DNA of 62,296 nt, the filler included, from Globobulimina sp. (Eukaryota): the NCBI GenBank assembly GCA_003354225.1. It is 36 parts of 36 records of this genome, joined end to end, with 100 filler letters (N's around TTAATTAATTAA, not from the genome) between each part and the next. Parts side by side here need not be neighbours in the genome. Positions count along the whole stretch, not along the records: positions 58,933 to 60,564 come from PIVH01013852.1; positions 60,665 to 62,296 come from PIVH01013853.1; 34 more parts are not named here. One strand, written 5' to 3'. The position numbers and the translations under genes are program-made. This document shows, piece by piece, positions 59,932 through 62,296 of this stretch (position 1 is the stretch's first letter; each line of letters begins with the position of its first letter). The notes beneath the pieces are model-generated. The model worked only from the letters and a program-made list of their open reading frames with translations. It made no database searches and had not been told where the DNA came from.

Positions 59932-60664
59932 AGTGGTTTATAACGAAGCAAATAAGAGAGAATTATTCGACATTGTTATGATTTAATGGAAACGAATAAA
60001 ATCGATGCGATTGTTATTGTGTTGATACATATTTTTATTACATTGAAAATATACATATTAATTATAATAATATGTAATTTTTTTATAGATAATATTGAAT
60101 ATATTTGGTATGAAGATACAAATGGATTTATTTTTCAATTTGAAAGGAATTCGTTTGACACACAACACAAATATATTAATATTAAATGTTGCACTCGTTT
60201 CAAAATATATTAAGCATTTATATTAATGTTGAAATTGTGATTTTATTTGTTCTTCTCGTTATTTATGTTTTCTTTAATATCATTACTGTCCATTCCACAG
60301 CCTTTTTTTTTGTAATAAATTATAAATAAACATTTCTATGTTATATCATCAATATATAATCAGCATTTTACAATCACTATACAGACACAGAATAATTATA
60401 GCGTTTCTGTGCTGTTTTCCCAAATATCTCCGTTTTTTTTATTTGTTATATTATATGCAATTTAAACCTTTAGATCCATCGCTAATAATTTCATTTTACC
60501 ATAATATCTCCAATAGTTCCATCCACGTCACATCACAATCACAGCATTGATCCACATAATCTTTNNNNNNNNNNNNNNNNNNNNNNNNNNNNNNNNNNNN
60601 NNNNNNNNTTAATTAATTAANNNNNNNNNNNNNNNNNNNNNNNNNNNNNNNNNNNNNNNNNNNN

Positions 60665-61702
60665 CATAACATTCCTATTTTGGCTATTTATGCCATTATC
60701 AAACTCTGCTTCAATCTTACGGAAATTTATAAAATCACAAAATGAGTGCATTACATGTAATTTATTTGTGTGTTTTTGTTTTTGTTTTTTATATGTATTC
60801 AATTGACGTTGTTTATTAATAACCCAATGATTGGATATAAACACTTGAATGAAATGAATTATTATAATAACAATTCTCTGCATTAAATCCGGAATGTTTC
60901 CAGGTTTTGCCCAGTACATAAGCAGCAACCATATGGCACCAAATGAAATATCAAAAGTCAATAACAATTTCATTTCTTTTTTAATGAAAAATGTGTCTTC
61001 AAAATGTGGCATTTTCCACCAAATCAAAGCAATAAGAAACGATAACATGAGTAAGAAAAAAATATGCATTAAATGAGATATTGTATGGGAATGAGATGAG
61101 TTTATAGAATGTGATAAAATGATAGATATTGTTAAAAAACACCATGAAAATATAAATATTTTTGTGAGCCATCTCCAGTTTCCCCATTTATGTTTGTTGA
61201 TTGAATACCAATCATTTTGGTTTGCTTATATATATTTTGCGATTTTGCGATTAAAGAACCCAAGAAACATAGAAACGATACAAATATATATACCTGACGA
61301 TGATAAAAGTAACTGCCAATCGTGTATAGATTTAGCTAATGCATGTTTTATATCATAATTTACCAACCATATACGAAGGAGAGTAATAATAGGTATTACT
61401 AATACAAAGATAGGACATATAATAGTTGTAATCCATGAAATATTATCACTGCGCAATATCAATGGAAAAATAGCATGTGAGAGTAACATGTATTGATCAA
61501 TTACAAATATGTGAAATATATTAAATATTGATGATGCTATTATGATAATTGGATAACGAGCGGCAATTCCTTGAAAATGACGAATACGATAAAATTTTAA
61601 TGTTACTATGACCATAAATGGTATAATAAATATGTATATTAAACATAGGATAATGTTTGAGGCTATACACATTACAATGTTATCTGTGCAAACAGTGCCC
61701 AT
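60665..61702 (-). CDS. Seven-transmembrane protein of the 7TM-RGS type, N-terminal part; intron 61225-61293
   Basis: FYRIRHFQGIAARYP, LRIWLVNYD, WYSINKHKWGN and DTFFIKKEM motifs resemble the membrane domain of plant and protist 7TM-RGS proteins. The RGS domain is not in the contig. Confidence 0.75.
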
Positions 61703-61898
61703 TAGTCTAGAGCTAGGTACCTGAGCAATTAAAAAAATGTTTTTTTTGTTTTATGATATCACAAGTCACGTATATAATATGTACAGTAAATTCATGTTTG
61801 TTGAAAGTTGAAATGATGAAAATTATATAAGGGAAAAAGTTAATGACAATAACGATAAAAAAAAAGCGTAAATAATAAAAAAAAAATGGAATATTAAA

Positions 61899-62296
61899 TC
61901 ACAAAAATATTTTAATCATTCTATTTTTTTGAATTGTTTTCTTACAAAGCGGACAACATCGCATTTTATGGATACATTGTCCGCAAAATATATGACCACA
62001 TCCTAAAGCAAATTGTTTTTGATTCGCGATACAAATTCCGCAAATTTGATTAAACTGATTTTTATTGCATTTATTTTTTAATCTTTCCATTTTGGTCAAT
62101 TCTTGAATTTCACCAAATAATTTTCTACAATCATCACCACCTAAAAAATTAAATAACTCCTTAACATCTAAAATATCAAAAGATGAAATATGTTTTCCTT
62201 CAAATAGTTCAAATTGTTTATTTTTATCAAAACGATTAATTATTATATTTAATTTATTTCTAAATTCTGTTTTATCAAATTTCATATTATTATTTT
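61899..62296 (-). CDS. C-terminal RING-HC finger protein (possible SAM-like domain upstream), 5'-partial
   Basis: CGICIANQKQFALGCGHIFCGQCIHKMRCCPLC. Confidence 0.85.
   Translation of the reverse strand, partial: NNNMKFDKTEFRNKLNIIINRFDKNKQFELFEGKHISSFDILDVKELFNFLGGDDCRKLFGEIQELTKMERLKNKCNKNQFNQICGICIANQKQFALGCGHIFCGQCIHKMRCCPLCKKTIQKNRMIKIFL

Noticed and set aside
1636-60664. Regularly spaced TTAATTAATTAA palindrome as a biological periodic repeat, nanochromosome boundary or CRISPR-like array
   Set aside because: It is always embedded in exactly 44+44 N, encodes six-frame stops, and separates length-sorted segments, so it is a synthetic linker.

Overview
This window is not one locus. It is 36 unrelated short contigs (1635 down to 1632 bp, sorted by decreasing length) joined by 35 artificial 100-bp linkers (N44-TTAATTAATTAA-N44, stops in all six frames), so nothing can be inferred across a linker. 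Most contigs come from an AT-rich, intron-containing protist using the standard code. The gene repertoire (7TM-RGS receptors, RING, kelch, LRR-LNR, PPR) resembles a foraminiferan or other rhizarian; that assignment is an inference. Recognisable genes: UTP15, CEP104, HELQ/POLQ-type helicase, TM9SF/EMP70, SCAMP, GST, sialate O-acetylesterase, a Pho84-like MFS transporter, an SPFH protein, a dynactin p150-like protein and a SAP+BAH protein. One contig is wholly bacterial (dimethylglycine/sarcosine dehydrogenase family), and three contigs begin with a bacterial gene fragment (Gfo/Idh/MocA, nfuA, Fic) fused to eukaryotic DNA, which suggests amplification or assembly chimeras. The most striking signal is that nearly every longer spliceosomal intron folds into long nested hairpins whose imperfections are mostly G-U pairs on the transcribed strand. 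Two of these introns have the terminal-inverted-repeat plus AG-ending duplication layout of intron-generating transposons (Introners). Other leads are a PPR protein running into a DYW-deaminase-like domain, a gustatory-receptor-like (7TMIC) gene, a non-LTR element with four overlapping ORFs, a TA-flanked MITE and a Helitron-like 3' end. All pairings, splice models and domain calls were made by eye and need computational confirmation.
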